Source: Macrostomum lignano
Taxonomy: Eukaryota
Length of the DNA stretch: 64,000 nt
Direction of reading: 5' to 3'
NCBI GenBank assembly: GCA_002269645.1
Contig: NIVC01000846.1
Coordinates: 131,903-195,902 of the forward strand
The notes under the pieces were generated by a model. It was not told the origin of the DNA, did not search any database, and saw only the letters and a list, made by a program, of their open reading frames with translations. The position numbers were made by a program, and so were the translations under genes. The first letter of the stretch is position 1, and every line of letters begins with the position of its first letter. This document shows, piece after piece, positions 1 through 42,520 of this stretch.

Positions 1-1990
1 TATCTAGCAATGGGATTGAGGATATCTAGTAATGGAGATTGAGGATATCTAGCAATGGGATTGAGAATACCTAGCAATGGGATTGAGTATATCTAGCAAT
101 GGGATTGAGTATATCCAACGATGGAGATTAAGGATATCTAGCAATGGGATTGAGGATATCTAGTAATGGGATTGAGGATATCTAGCAATGGGATTGAGAA
201 TACCTAGCAATGGGATTGAGTATATCTAGCAATGGGATTGAGTATATCCAACGATGGAGATTAAGGATATCTAGCAATGGGATTGAGGATATCTAGTAAT
301 GGGATTGAGGATATCTAGCAATGGGATTGAGAATACCTAGCAATGGGATTGAGTATATCTAGCAATGGGATTGAGTATATCTAGCAATGGGATTGAGAAT
401 ATCTAGCAATGGGATTGAGTATATCCAACGATGGAGATTAAGGATATCTAGCAATGGGATTGAGGATATCTAGTAATGGGATTGAGGATATCTAGCAATG
501 GGATTGAGAATATCTAGCAATGGGATTGAGTATATCTAGCAACGGGATTGAGTATATCTAGCAATGGGATTGAGTATATCCAACGATGGAGATTAAGGAT
601 ATCTAGCAATGGGATTGAGGATATCTAGTAATGGAGATTGAGGATATCTAGCAATGGGATTGAGAATACCTAGCAATGGGATTGAGTATATCTAGCAATG
701 GGATTGAGTATATCCAACGATGGAGATTAAGGATATCTAGCAATGGGATTGAGGATATCTAGTAATGGGATTGAGGATATCTAGCAATGGGATTGAGAAT
801 ACCTAGCAATGGGATTGAGTATATCTAGCAATGGGATTGAGTATATCTAGCAATGGGATTGAGAATATCTAGCAATGGGATTGAGTATATCCAACGATGG
901 AGATTAAGGATATCTAGCAATGGGATTGAGTATATCTAGCAATGGGATTGAGAATATCTAGCAATGGGATTGAGTATATCTAGCAATGGGATTGAGTATA
1001 TCTAGCAATGGGATTGAGTATATCTAGCAATGGGATTGAGAATATCTAGCAATGGGATTGAGTATATCCAACGATGGAGATTAAGGATATCTAGCAATGG
1101 GATTGAGTATATCTAGCAATGGGATTGAGAATATCTAGCAATGGGATTGAGTATATCCAACGATGGAGATTAAGGATATCTAGCAATGGGATTGAGTATA
1201 TCTAGCAATGGGATTGAGAATATCTAGCAATGGGATTGAGTATATCCAACGATGGAGATTAAGGATATCTAGCAATGGGATTGAGGATATCTAGTAATGG
1301 GATTGAGGATATCTAGCAATGGGATTGAGAATATCTAGCAATGGGATTGAGTATATCTAGCAATGGGATTGAGTATATCTAGCAATGGGATTGAGAATAT
1401 CTAGCAATGGGATTGAGTATATCCAACGATGGAGATTAAGGATATCTAGCAATGGGATTGAGGATATCTAGTAATGGGATTGAGGATATCTAGCAATGGG
1501 ATTGAGAATACCTAGCAATGGGATTGAGGATATCTAGCAATGGGATTGAGAATATCTAGCAATGGGATTGAGTATATCCAACGATGGAGATTAAGGATAT
1601 CTAGCAATGGGATTGAGTATATCCAACGATGGAGATTAAGGATATCTAGCAATGGGATTGAGGATATATAGCAATGGGATTGAGTATATCCAACGATGGA
1701 GATTGAGGATATCTAGCAATGGAGATTGAGGATATCTAGCAATGGGATTAAGGATATCTATTAATGGGATTAAGGATATCTAGTAATGGGATTGAGGATA
1801 TCTAGTAATGGGATTGAGGACATCTAACAATGAAGATCAAGGACAACTTACAATAGAGATCAAGGATATCTAGCAATGAAGATCAAGGACATCTAACAAT
1901 GAAGATCAAGGACATCTAACAATGAGGATCAAGGACATCTAACAATGAAGATCAAGGACATCTAACAATGAAGATCAAGGACATCTAACG
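1..1990. repeat. 22-23 bp minisatellite (TATCTAGCAATGGGATTGAGGA with variant TATCCAACGATGGAGATTAAGGA)
   Basis: Visible tandem periodicity that degenerates at the right end; downstream of the last DDX5 exon seen. Confidence 0.97.
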
Positions 1991-2054
1991 ATGGTATTTG
2001 GGCTGAAGTATTATGATAACTATACCAATAAATAAAACTGCAAACTCCAATTAC

Positions 2055-13140
<11,086 letters not shown>

Positions 13141-13705
13141 TGAAATTGTTGTTGAACAGCTTATTAAAAAGGCTTATTAAATAATCCCTCAGCAGACCCA
13201 CCGTACGAAAAAAAGTGAAGTGGTAGTGCAGTAAGTTATTGGATGATGATTCAACACAGTTAAATATGCAAATTTCAAATTTAAAAACGGTGTTCAGTGT
13301 AAACAAAATAAACTTGTTTTGTGCTAAAGTATTGTATAATATATAAATCCGATTGTTGTATATAGAGTTTTGTTACTTTCCTTATTTTTTCTACGATTTT
13401 TTATACGGTACATAAAATATGATAATTTTTATCGCGCTAACATGATTTCTTATTTCGAATATTTTTACGTATCACATCACATGGTATAACAGTCATCAGG
13501 ACAAAGCTAGTGTGTGTGGCACTTAATTACTTCTGTGAAAATAGGTCATATTAGTAAATACTATTGGATTTTTTTCAGATTTAATATTTATAAAATAAGC
13601 TATTTTAGTAACTTTCATACATTTGTTGCTGAATGAAATCTTCTACTCTGTAAGAATTAAGATTTCTCGAGACTCCTTGGGAGTCGAGAACGTTACCGCT
13701 GAAGT
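13141..13705. promoter_or_regulatory. Putative bidirectional promoter between DDX5-like and DOK7-like
   Basis: Only 565 bp separate the two divergent ATGs. The interval is AT-rich and repeat-free, with TATATAAA at 13340-13347. Confidence 0.6.
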
Positions 13706-30199
<16,494 letters not shown>

Positions 30200-30222
<23 letters not shown>

Positions 30223-30847
30223 TGATATTGAACCACAGACTACTGGTAGTAATGCGGCTCGGTTAAATCTGATTGATGATATTGAACCACAGACTACTGG
30301 TAGTAATGCGGCTCGGTTAAATCTGATTGATGATATTGAACCACAGACTACTGGTAGTAATGCGGCTCGGTTAAATCTGATTGATGATATTGAACCACAG
30401 ACTACTGGTAGTAATGCGGCTCGGTTACATCTGATTGATGATATTGAACCACAGACTACTGGTAGTAATGCGGCTCGGTTAAATCTGATTGATGATATTG
30501 AACCACAGACTACTGGTAGTAATGCGGCTCGGTTAAATCTGATTGATGATATTGAACCACAGACTACTGGTAGTAATGCGGCTCGGTTACATCTGATTGA
30601 TGATATTGAACCACAGACTACTGGTAGTAATGCGGCTCGGTTACATCTGATTGATGATATTGAACCACAGACTACTGGTAGTAATGCGGCTCGGTTAAAT
30701 CTGATTGATGATATTGAACCACAGACTACTGGTAGTAATGCGGCTCGGTTAAATCTGATTGATGATATTGAACCACAGACTACTGGTAGTAATGCGGCTC
30801 GGTTAAATCTGATTGATGATATTGAACCACAGACTACTGGTAGTAAT
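30200..30847. repeat. 54-bp tandem repeat, 12 copies, overlapping the DOK7-like stop codon
   Basis: GCGGCTCGGTTA(A/C)ATCTGATTGATGATATTGAACCACAGACTACTGGTAGTAAT x12, with one variable site and no spacers. Confidence 0.98.
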
Positions 30848-31319
30848 GCATGAGGTGACGCGTTTACCGCAGAGCTGCTCTGCTCCCAGACTTGTAATCG
30901 TACTCGAATTTTGATCAGAATTTTTCTACCTCTACGTCTGCTTGATCTGATTTGCTGTTGTCTTGTGCCGGCCTTCGGGCTTGAAGACCCCTTCTGTGCC
31001 GCTACTCTGCTTCCCCACGCCCCAGCTGTGCAATCAGCTGCTTCTCAGACACACTTTTTCCACTAATATAGAAATCGTTTCTGACAATTTTACTCACGAC
31101 TAAGTTCTTCTTTCGTGCAATTTCTTTTTTTCTCAGGTGCAGTATTTTTGTCGCTCCGAGCACTATCCTTTTGATTGGTCCGTATTGTTATTGTTTAATC
31201 CGACTTCTGATTTGCTGTACTGTCTTGATAGCACCATGCAATTAATTATGCACAGGTGTTAATGAGCTGCGGTAGCTGAGACTTCTCGTGCCACGGTCTT
31301 GTGATCCTGTGCCCCATGT

Positions 31320-33010
31320 GACACTCCCACAGCCTTCCCCCTGACACTCCCAGCCTTCCCCTGACACTCTCACAGCCTTCCCCTTGACACTCTCACAGCC
31401 TTCCCCCTGACACTCCCAGCCTTCCCCCTGACACTCTCACAGCCTTCCCCTTGACACTCTCACAGCCTTCCCCTTGACACTCTCACAGCCTTCCCCTTGA
31501 CACTCTCACAGCCTTCCCCTTGACACTCCCACAGCCTTCCCCCTGACACTCCCACAGCCTTCCCCCTGACACTCCCACAGCCTTCCCCCTGACACTCCCA
31601 CAGCCTTCCCCTTGACACTCCCACAACCTTCCCCTTGACACTCCCACAGCCTTCCCTTTGACACTCCCACAGCCTTCCCCCTGACACTCCCACAGCCTTC
31701 CCCTTGACACTCCCACAGCCTTCCCCTTGACACTCCCACAGCCTTCCCCTTGACACTCCCACAGCCTTCCCCCTCACACTGCTCTAGAAGGGCACCGAGG
31801 GTGAAAAAAATGTACAGAAGAAAATTTTTGCATTTTTGCACTCAGTGGACTGGCCCTTATACCTGGGTGTAATATAAAAAAAATCTGCCAATTTGTTTCC
31901 AGAAAATTGGCCTTTTCTGCTTTTTCTGCAACAGTCTGCTTTTAGTTGTCAAAAATCTGGAAATTAAAAATGTTATGCTCAATTTCTTGACTTTTTGGAT
32001 ACGTGATAATATTTTCAAATGTAAATTCGTGAATTTAGGGGAATTGCGCAATATAAAAGTTGGCTTGAGGGTCACAAATGCTGAACATTATAGTTTTGCA
32101 TGCATTTGGCAATATATAGCTTGGAGCTGAGTCATAACCATAATTTGATCAATGTATACAATCAGTTTAAAGGAAAATTTGTTATTTGACTGATTGAGTA
32201 CAATGACTGATACAACAGAATACGCTCGTAGACAAATTAAAATCAATTGGACCCATAATCCACGTACAGATGTACATTTTCTACTTCTTATTTCAACTCT
32301 TCCTACTGCTAGTGTATTTATTGCATCAGAATTTCAATTTGTTGAGTAGCCAAGTGAAGTGTACTCCAGGTGAGTCACGTAAGTATTATTGTGTGTATAT
32401 ATATATACATATATATATACACATATACATATATATATATATGTATATGTATATATATGCACTGAGTGCGGAATTTTCGCAAAATGGCAGAGCCAACTTT
32501 TTGAAAGCAATAAGGCTAATATTTGCGCATTTTCCTAATTTCTTGTGAATTATGAGCGTACATAATGAAAATATCATCAGGTATGGAATTTATTAAATTG
32601 TCTATGGCTGAAACATCCTGGCAGCTTATAGCAGTCATCAAAGAGGTCATTACTGTGTAGTGACATTTTGATCAATGCCACATATCCAAAAAGTCAAGAA
32701 ATTGAGCACAACATTTTTAATTTCCAGATTTTTGACAACTAAAAGCAGACTGTTGCAGAAAAAGCAGAAAAGGCCAATTTTCTGGAAACAAATTGGCAGA
32801 TTTTTTTTATATTACACCCAGGTATAAGGGCCAGTCCACTGAGTGCAAAAATGCAAAAATTTTCTTCTGTACATTTTTTTCACCCTCGGTGCCCTTCTAG
32901 AGCAGTGTGCCCTGACACTCCCACAGCCTTCCCCCTGAAACTCTCACAGCCTTCCCCCTGACACTCCCACAGCCTTCCCCCTGACACTCCCACAGCCTCC
33001 CCCTGACATT
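31320..33010. repeat. 23-bp minisatellite (GACACTCCCACAGCCTTCCCCCT) split by the Chapaev-like element
   Basis: Units at 31320-31774 resume in register at 32910-33010. Confidence 0.93.
31775..32909. mobile_element. Non-autonomous DNA transposon (Chapaev/CMC-like), 1135 bp
   Basis: 231-bp terminal inverted repeats (31775-32005 and 32679-32909, about 2 mismatches), termini CACACTG...CAGTGTG, 4-bp TSD CCCT (31771-31774 and 32910-32913). It interrupts a 23-bp minisatellite, has no transposase ORF, and contains an internal TA-rich microsatellite at about 32393-32458. Confidence 0.9.
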
Positions 33011-36000
33011 CATTCACACAGCCTGGCCTGACACCTCTCAGCTACTCAATCTCTGAGCAGCATCATAGTTGAGTATTATTTACATACTTCTTACGCGATA
33101 ACACAGTGTAAAATTTGCTGTAATGTACAGCCTGCAACCTTTCGGTTCTTCTGTTTCATAACTTTTTTCTCTTTGACTGTTGTGCTGCAGAATTTTTTTT
33201 CCTGACAAAGTTTTCTGCTCAGCTCGCACCCAACCCTCTGCTTTACCTGCAGATAATTAAAATAATCATAAATTTTACCGCTGTATTTTTTCCTTTTACT
33301 CAAAGCCAAAAACGCCATGTGCACAGCTATTATCTATTTAGATTCTGAGCAATTTACACAGCTATTTAATGCAGCTGCTGTTTAATGTCCTGACTGTACA
33401 CATCTGCCTATTTTATTGAGCTATACTTAGCTTTAACTAAGCGAATTTAGATAATATATTTACGCAATGCTTCTGAGTAAAACCTCGTCTAAATTCGTCT
33501 GGGTAATTTGCTTATGCAGAAAAAATTATACGAGTACATGCGAGCGTGGTGTTTAATTAAGCTTTGAAAGTCTTACTTTAAAGAGGCTTTCACGAACAGA
33601 CTCCATCATCGAGTGATCTTTTATGCTGACAATTATTTTACATGGAGATTTCTCCAGATTCTAATGATAACATACGTGCAAAAATCAACTATTACATGTA
33701 TGGATGCAAGTACGAGAATAAACCAATTGGTTGCAGCCTTCTTGGAAATGCGAAAAGCCGAAAACAGAATCGCGGTTCAAGAAATGTTCTGGGCAGGAGC
33801 TGAAAGCTCAAAAAAACCTGAAATAGTTGCTATGCATAAAGTTGCTGTGCGTAAAATCTTGCAATCAGGATCGTGCAATACCTAACGGCGAAGTCCCACA
33901 CATCAGAAGTCGTTTTTCAAGGAAAATGGCGAATGAGTAGCTTAGTTTGCATAGCCGATGTGTTTAAATTTAAAGTAGCAAGGTATAATCGGCGAAATTT
34001 ACGCTCGTAAAGTACCCATTTGACAAGGTAGCGCTGGCGGATCCAGGGTAGGGGGGCATTCAGCTGCAGGACAAATGTATTCGCTTGTTGTAGTTTTAAG
34101 ATTGTTCAATTACATATCTAAACCCTGACCAACTCAAATCGATGTTAAAACAGCACCTCGAAGACGAGCTTGAACTTATCGTCGAATTATGCTCGGATGT
34201 GATAGATTTCACAGAAATAAATTTACAAGGTCAAGTGCACTTATGTTGCATACATATTTGTAAGCCAAAGCTCTTGTAATAAAAGATGATCCATAATTAT
34301 AGCGGTGCAGAGGGTTCTTTAAATTGAAAAGAATCCTCTTTTTCAAATAAGAGTCACAGATGATACTAGCTCGTACTTAATCTACGATTAATTCAGACCT
34401 TCGATTTAAAGTTTGTCACGACTTGCACTAGATAGTTAGCGAGAGTAACCGCTTACATTTATAGTGTCACAAAAACGCCGAAATTTAATCCAATACTCGT
34501 ACTGTGCAAAACTGTCTGCTCCTGTTTCGTACGGCTTAAAAGATTACAGACGAAAGGTTTGCTAATAAAAAAATAAGACGGAAGACCATGAGGGAATTTT
34601 TTTCAAAAAAGGAATTTTGGTACTGAAAAATGACTTTTAGAAAATAGGCTTATTATTAAAAAAGAAAATTTTGAACACGAAAAAGTGAATTTGGAGTTTT
34701 ATCTGACAAAGAGATGTTATAGTTTATCCAGCGTAGATGCGTGGATATGAAAAAAATCGTACGCCGTGCCGCTGATGGTAATTTAGTTGTAAAACCGTAT
34801 AAATGCATTTGCTATTTAACTGACAGATGGCAGGCGTTATGCCCGCAAGTTTGGCGCGGCTAAGGCCATACAGAGCATACTAGTATAGAATATTAGTTAA
34901 ATTAGTTGCCCGGCATATTTGTCAATCAATACAGTCCAACAAGCCGCCAACATAGTCCGAAACGGACAAAAGCACAAGCATCGGTAGGGCAGTGATAAAT
35001 ATACGGTACAACATTAGACTGCGGTAGGTAGGTTATACTGGAGTCTTTCCATGGCAAAAGGGAGTGGTCAAAGACGGTTTTGATTGAGACATGTCTAAGT
35101 TTGAAACGATGCTAGCTGGGCGATCACATGAGCTCACCGTTGAACTCGTTCGGACAAAAACCACTTAAGCCACAAATGCGACATGGGACAGACTCTAATA
35201 ATAAACTTGGGAATGACTTGCTCGCTGATATCAAGTGAAAAGCATGCAGTAGATAGTGAGTTTGCTTGAAACATAAGAGCTGGCTCAGAATATTATCAAT
35301 ATTGCGTTAAATACAGGTTATATTAAAGTATAAACTGGTCAAACATCTCTATACGATACAAGTTGCTGCAGAACAGGGTGTACGGAAATAAAGGGCTACT
35401 GTAACAGGATCATCATTTAGAATTTTAACAAATGTAATGCCTGGCACGGTGAAAGATTCATTTCCATGCTGCATACGGTGGCTAGACTGTTCACAAAATT
35501 CGAATAATAGCTCTGGATGTGAAACTGAAAGCCTGGACGCCTTTCAATCGAATAATGAAGTTAGAAAATATTAACTAAGAATACAGGAAACAGTCATGGA
35601 CAAAGTACTGAAGCGACGAGATTGGGAGCACACAAATACATGTTTGAGGCATGGAAGCCTAACAAGACACGACCACAGCAGCAAATATAGTCATTATAAG
35701 GTAGCCACTGGTCGCTAGATAGATATTCGTTATTGCACCGGAAAGATTAGGGGCCGAAGCAGATGATGAGAGTAACAAAACAAAGGTACAATGTTATTCA
35801 ATACACTATTTCAGGACAAAGGGGAAGAATTCTCTTGAGAAATGAGAAATAGGATTTAATACGCGTAATCAAGTAATATTAGCACACAAGTTAGTGGACA
35901 CTGTTTGGGTTGCGTAGAAATTGAAAGGAAAAGGAAGATGCGGATTATACAAATAGTATGGTGGATTGCATTTTGTACAGGGTGGCAGTCACTTTTAGCT

Positions 36001-36431
36001 TAGTTCTACTGAAAGCACGTAACATGTACAGAGGGATCTAGGCGCAACACGAGCGCATTGGAAAGTAGTAATATATTAGGAAGATAGAAGCAAACAGGTA
36101 CAGCGTGTCAATTCAAACAGACAAACATCATTGCAAAGCGCGTCAATGAAAGACTGCAGCCAACCATAGATATAAGTTACAAATGTATTACTAGAATTGA
36201 AAATCATCGAATTTAATTACGCGAATACAGCTATAACAGGCAACAAAAAAGAAAATAATAGTCTAAAAATAGATGCACCACAAGTGTCCGCTAGGCATTT
36301 TTAAGCTCCAATTATTTACTACTAATATCGGAAAAGTTTCAATTCAATGATGAACAGACGGGACACCTGCAGCATAACTATTCGTTGACTACAGAGACAG
36401 TAAGTTATTTACACACAACGCCGCGCCTCAG

Positions 36432-38522
36432 CTACTGAGTCGGCCCATTGAGAGTTTGCTGCTCCTGAATGAACTGGAGGCCCTTGCCAGAAGCCAGCAT
36501 AGCCTTGGTCTCATCATCTAGCTCGCCTTCCTGCTGGTACTCGGATACGTACAGGCGCTTGTCGATCAGCTTGGGGATGGCCTTAATCTCCGTGTTCAGC
36601 TGCTGCTCAATCTGTTTAAGAGCAAAGCGGTCGTCGTACGTGATGAGGTTGATAGCGATGCCCAGGTGTCCGTAGCGGCCAGAGCGGCCAATGCGGTGCA
36701 GGTAAGTCTCTGCGTACTTTGGAAAGTCGAAGTTAATAACGACATTGACGGAAGGAATGTCGATACCGCGGGTGAATAAGTCTGTGCAGACGAGATTGCG
36801 GCAGTGGCCCTGACGGAAGTCATGGAAGACGCGATTACGAAAGTGTTGCGACATTCGGGCGTGAATGTAGTAGCACGAGTAGCCAAGCTCAGTGATTTTC
36901 TTGGCAAGAAGTTCCACGCGCTGAGCAGTGTTGCAGAAGATAATCGACTGGTTGATTTGAAGCTTAGAGAACAGAGTGTTGAGGCAATGAACCTGAAACG
37001 CAAGAATTGTTGTAAATTATATCTACTTTTAATTAAGCTCCCGTCCTCCTAACAACATAACAGAAGCCTCTCAGCATTAGCATGGACTAGCATATCATTG
37101 GAATCAAATCCTTAAAAAATCTTCATCACAAAGGTAATGATTAAAATTTAACAATAGAATAACAGTTTGACACATTGACAGGAACAAAGCCGGATCAGTG
37201 CTTACCTTGTGCTTCTCCTGAACATAGGCGTAGAACTGAGTTATACCCTTCAGGGTCAGCTCCTCCATTAGGTTGATCTCGTATGGAGTACGCAGGTAAG
37301 TCTCCATAAACTCTTGGACGGTGAGTGGAAACGTGGCGGAAAACAGGAGAATTTGTCGATCCTTGGGCAGTCGTGAGATGATGCCGCTCAGCATTATCTA
37401 AATAAAAATAAAAATCGTATTAGTTGGTTGAACGCAACTGAAATGCACGGCATCTATTGAGATTTTTAATAGTGACAACTACTTTGTTCAGACAATATAT
37501 ACTAGATTTCATAGGGTATCAAACCCGAAAGATGTAACATCATATATTAATAACATTAATAAATAATTATAGTCAGTGCGTATGCTTCCACACCTTTAGT
37601 TATCAAAGATCACTTACACTAGGACAGGATGGAGGTGAGGACTAAGGCTGTGCCTTTTTAATTTTAATTACAGACCCTCGTTTAGGCTTAAATTTGCAAA
37701 TTTAAAAAATTACCTTAAAATCCTGCGAGAGAAGCTTATCTGCCTCATCTAGCACCAACGTTTTGCAAACATCAGTCTTCAGCACATCCTTTTTAAGAAG
37801 ATCAAGTACTCGACCAGGAGTAGCAATTACGAGATGAACCTCTTCATCTAGGCGCATGATGTCATCTTTAAGATTTGTGCCACCCGTAGTAACCATGATC
37901 TGTATGCGATTGAAGTGCAGTCAGCTTTAATTACCATTAATAACGCAGATTTTAAAAAATGAGCATTTCGAAAAATTGGGCTGGGACACATAGCTGGCTA
38001 TGACAAATCAAGCAAATATTTACCTTGGCACCAGTGTGCTTCGCCAATTCTATACATATTTGGCTAGTTTGCAGAGCAAGCTCGCGAGTAGGAACGATTA
38101 TCATAGATTGTACTGCATTTTTGCTAGTGTCGATCTTCTCTAGCAGAGGGATGCAGTAGGCACCAGTTTTGCCAGTGCCATTCTTGGCCCTAACAGTTAA
38201 GAATATGTGAACAGATTTACTTTTGTAAAACGTTTCGAATTTGATGTTTAAAAGGTACAGCTGAAAGTAAAAATTCTTACCTGGCGAGGACGTCTCGGCC
38301 TGTAAGAGCAATAGGGATGCTAGCCTCTTGAATTGGCGATGGCTTTTCCCATCCTTTCTCATAAATGCCCATTAGAAGATCGCGCTTTAGGTTGAAATCC
38401 TCAAAAGCATTGCCTTTCGTCGATGTAACATCGACAGTTCGAAGACGATTATCCTTTGGAGGCAGCTTGAGGCCATCTTTCCAGTCCTGGGAATCACCCT
38501 TCTGGGAAGCAGTACGCTCCAT
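36432..38522 (-). CDS. DDX6: DEAD-box helicase DDX6/Me31B/Dhh1 (448 aa)
   Basis: Exons 38522-38281, 38189-38024, 37899-37714, 37397-37206 and 36992-36432, phases consistent. Family signatures: [90 protein letters not shown]. Confidence 0.97.
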
Positions 38523-40144
38523 AAATGCAGCAAATGAGTAGATAATAACTCGAGATCACAGATAATAAAATGCAAATTCAAGGTCCAATCTGAAAGCAAG
38601 AAGGTTGTTCTATAAAATATACATCCTAAACAAAAAGCAAATATTTTTTACAGATAATGTGGTAATTATCTTTAATGGCTCTATATTTTAGGACTTAAAA
38701 TGCTATAATCTCAATCCCTTATAGATATTAAAATGATTGAATATGAACTTTTTTACCTAATCAGACATTATATAAACAATAGGAAATGTGCAAGTTTACA
38801 CATTGAGTTAACTTAAGGTTTAACAAAAATTATAGTTTATAGAGTTTATACAAAATTTATTGATGTATATTGATATAATAAAATATAAAAAACTAAAATA
38901 TTATTCAATTACACTGCATTTTGTTTGTATTCTAGTATTTAACAGTTATAATAGTTATATTTAAATAGGTTAATTAAAATACTATATAACATATATATGC
39001 AACACCTGGCCTATGTGGCTAGCTGGCAAGGGGCCTAGCCAAGGTAAGTCACAAAAATGCCCACATAAAGATACAGATGTAGTATTATTCTAATTATATA
39101 ATAAAACATTTAGCCCAAATAAAACGTTACTCTTGCCATTTAACCAAAATTGAATTAATTTTGCTTTAGGTTTTTTATATATAGGTTGCATTTTTGGTCA
39201 AAAAGCAATTTATATAGCTAATGTTAATCAGGGGGGTTGCATATGTATGCTATATAATAAAGCCAAATATATAAGCATATATTTATTTATTTGAAAAAAA
39301 TTATTAATTATTAATTATAAATATAAATACAAACCCTTAAAACCAGTACACTGTACATTAAACTATGTAATTTTATTGCTTTATTATAGCCAATGGCCAC
39401 TTTTGCAAATAGCATTTAGCACAAATTGGCCTTTAGTAATGCAAGCATGGTCTGGTGCATTGCATGATTGGGCATTAAAAAGGGGGCATCTAATGCAGTT
39501 TAGACTTTAGTTACAAAAGGGTTTTAATGATTTCAGGCATATGGCATATACAGTTCTATTTTTTCTGCAATAAAGATACATCATAACTTTTAACCCTGAA
39601 TCCAAATCATATCCTAAATTTAGATCTTGGATACAATTTTGCATCTTAGTGCCAATGAAAAAACCAATATACCACTATAGAAGAGAAGTTTTATTATCCT
39701 AATTTTTTAGATAAAATTAAAAGCTTTACGAATATCAATAGAGCTATACAAAAAGCAAAATATCAAAAGACTAACATCTAGTTGGCATTAATGTTTACAT
39801 AGTCTAAAAGTTAGGGCTTAGAAACAATGCACAGATTGCACACAAATTGTCCCTAAAAAGTTTATTCCAGCGCACACTGCCACCTTCCTGAATTCTCATG
39901 CTAATGGACTCAACAGAGTATGGGGTTCTACGCAAAAATGAATTTTCATAAATAATAGGCCCCGGCCCTAGTGAATAAGCCTGCACGTTAGATATTAGGA
40001 ATACAACTTACACAATTATAGAATCCAATAAAAATAGCCTACGGCCAAATATATAATTGCTTTGCTTTGCAGTAACTAGTTATGCCTTCAAAATTTGATC
40101 AATTACTAGCTGTTGAATAAACGAGAACATTGATTTATAATATT

Positions 40145-40330
40145 ACTTACTTAAGAATCCTTAGTTGTTGACGAATGAAGTGAAGAACAAATTCGAAAAT
40201 CGGATACGCTTTTAGTCAGTGATTTTTGCAATCGGTTAACTTGAACGATAATTCTCGACTGCTAGATAGAGAGTTAAACTCGATGCTTAGAAAAGTTTTT
40301 CTATACGGCTTACGGGCCACAGTTAAAATA
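40145..40330 (-). other. Probable non-coding 5' UTR exon of DDX6
   Basis: Perfect minus-strand donor (AA/GTAAGT, + coordinates 40145-40150) that could pair with a pyrimidine-rich acceptor (ttgctttcag, near 38590) about 67 nt upstream of the DDX6 ATG. The 5' boundary is a guess. Confidence 0.45.
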
Positions 40331-41784
40331 GAATTTTTTTAAAACGGTTTGAACAGCAGAAAGATGATTTACAAAATAGGAAATAAAATAATTTAAAACT
40401 TTATACATTTATTAAAAACTTTTTTTTCTACTAAATGATTGAAGCATTTGCTATCGTACTTGGTTTAAGCTTAGAAAAGTTCTAATGTATAAACTAAAAA
40501 ATCACATAGAAACTAAAAAAGAGTAGTAATAACGACTACAATAACGACAAAAATCGCCGACTTTTTTAGTAAGCAAAAATATACTTTTGGCAGGTCTTTC
40601 ATTGATCTCTCCTTATTAACAGATAATGTGTCTATTTAGAATATTTTGTATTATTAAATTATTTTGTGCCCTACATGTATCAGTACAACGTATACTTGTT
40701 GATTGATGAACTTTTTTACGAGATTATTGTATTTGTATAATCGTCCATCTTTCAAGAATCTTGAAGGCATTCATTTTTCACAACGCCATCCTCTGGGGCA
40801 ATGTCTTTTTCTACCATACAACCTGTACATTAGGTTTTTAGCATTGTGCCCCTGTACATCAGTAGATTTGATGCCTTGTGATGGGAGGGCAGCGAATGTG
40901 GTTTTATAGTGATCAGTGTGCGCATGCTATGAGTAATGACAAAGTGTGTGCGCAGAAGTAAATAATTCTTTGATAATATACATTTTGTATCCTACTACTC
41001 AATGCGTGCTTCCTAGTCACGTCGAATTACACCTTTATTTTATAACGTTTTATTATCTACCCCTTTAGATTTAAATAAAGGAATGCATGTATACATATGT
41101 AGCTAATGCATGATTCAGTGGAATCAAACCAATAAAACTTAATTAAGCTCTACAATTGTGATTTTTATTAGGAATTATTTTCTAAATAAAATTCTAGAGC
41201 AACTACAGCAGGCGGCCACTAGATGTACAAAAAAGAACTCGCTATACACAAACAACATTTACAGCAGGTCATTACGTTTAATTTGATAGTTATAGTTTGA
41301 TAGTTTAGAGTTGAAAACATTTACATGTACATGTATGCAACATACATGCATGTAACATCCATGTACATCACGCAACATATATGGCATAGAGCGTCGGTCT
41401 GGTTCACACAGATACTAAAATAACGAGATGGGCCACTCACTCAGGAATATATACTTAACAAAACAGCTTTCTACTTTCAGTTCAGTAGCATAGAAGTTAA
41501 GGATACATAAGCTATTTTATAAAAATAAAGGCAGCCGAGATGACTTTGATAAGTTTAGAAGCAAGCTTTGCAGACCTAAACAACTTGTGACATACTCTGT
41601 GACCTGCTTGCGGGGCTGCGTACGTTAATTTGTTGTTGTTGTATGCAACATACTCTATAAATAATGGTGTAATGGTTACGAGGGTACAACCCTGCATGTA
41701 CATGTAATGCATATCTGCACTTGTTTTTTACCATGTATTTGGCATCGAGCTGAATTTTGTAATCAGTATCATCAGTATAGTATC

Positions 41785-42100
41785 CAGTGGCGCAACCAGG
41801 GGGGGGGGGGTCGCCCCACCCCCTTAGGCCGAGACCAGAAAAAAATCAAAGGGGGACCAAGCTATAGGGAATACAATCACGGGATTAGGCCCAAATCCAA
41901 ATACAACATCTATCTATGATTACGCCAGCCAATTCATACATCACACTCCAATTCATTACTCACTGTCATTGAAAGCCCTTTTAAAATCATGTTAGATGGC
42001 TTAGTAAACCAAAATTGCACCAACAAAGATTATAGAAACCTTTTCAATCCCGGGATCCCGGCCCAAAACACAGAGCCACCCAATTTTCCGCCACCTCCCT
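41785..42100 (+). mobile_element. Truncated or interrupted second copy of the hAT MITE family
   Basis: Starts CAGTGGCGCAACCAG and shares CCTTAGGC, AAAAAAATCAAAGGGGGACCAAGC and (after an extra stretch of about 200 bp) ACAGAGCCACC with 12231-12428. No right TIR or TSD seen. Confidence 0.65.
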
Positions 42101-42520
42101 CGATACTGATATATCATCAATGATTCGCAGTTAAATTAAAAATGGAGAATTCTGTATTCATTTAGAAATAAACTCATCCATTTCATAATGTTGCAGAATT
42201 ATAAAAACAAGACATAACTGCTGCTATTACAAGTATAGATTTTAGTTTCTGTAGCAATTTATTCATCCATTTTTTAGACATACAGCTACGTACGGCTCCC
42301 AGAACTCATATAGGATTGATTCATTGTCGCAATTTCATGTGCATCTACATGCATGTACAGTTGCATTAAAGTGTATAAAGTGAGAAAATTCTTTATCTAG
42401 CTGTTAAACATCACAGCTGCTAACTTAACGAGTCACATGTACAATTACCATCTTACACGTAGCTGTCAGTAAAATCTGTTTGGATTCAATTGTTGCCATG
42501 CCATTCCACTGCACGGCCGG

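Noticed and set aside
34142-34229. Exon-like stretch MLKQHLEDELELIVELCSDVIDFTEINLQ
   Set aside because: Weak donor, no convincing downstream exon and no recognisable homology.
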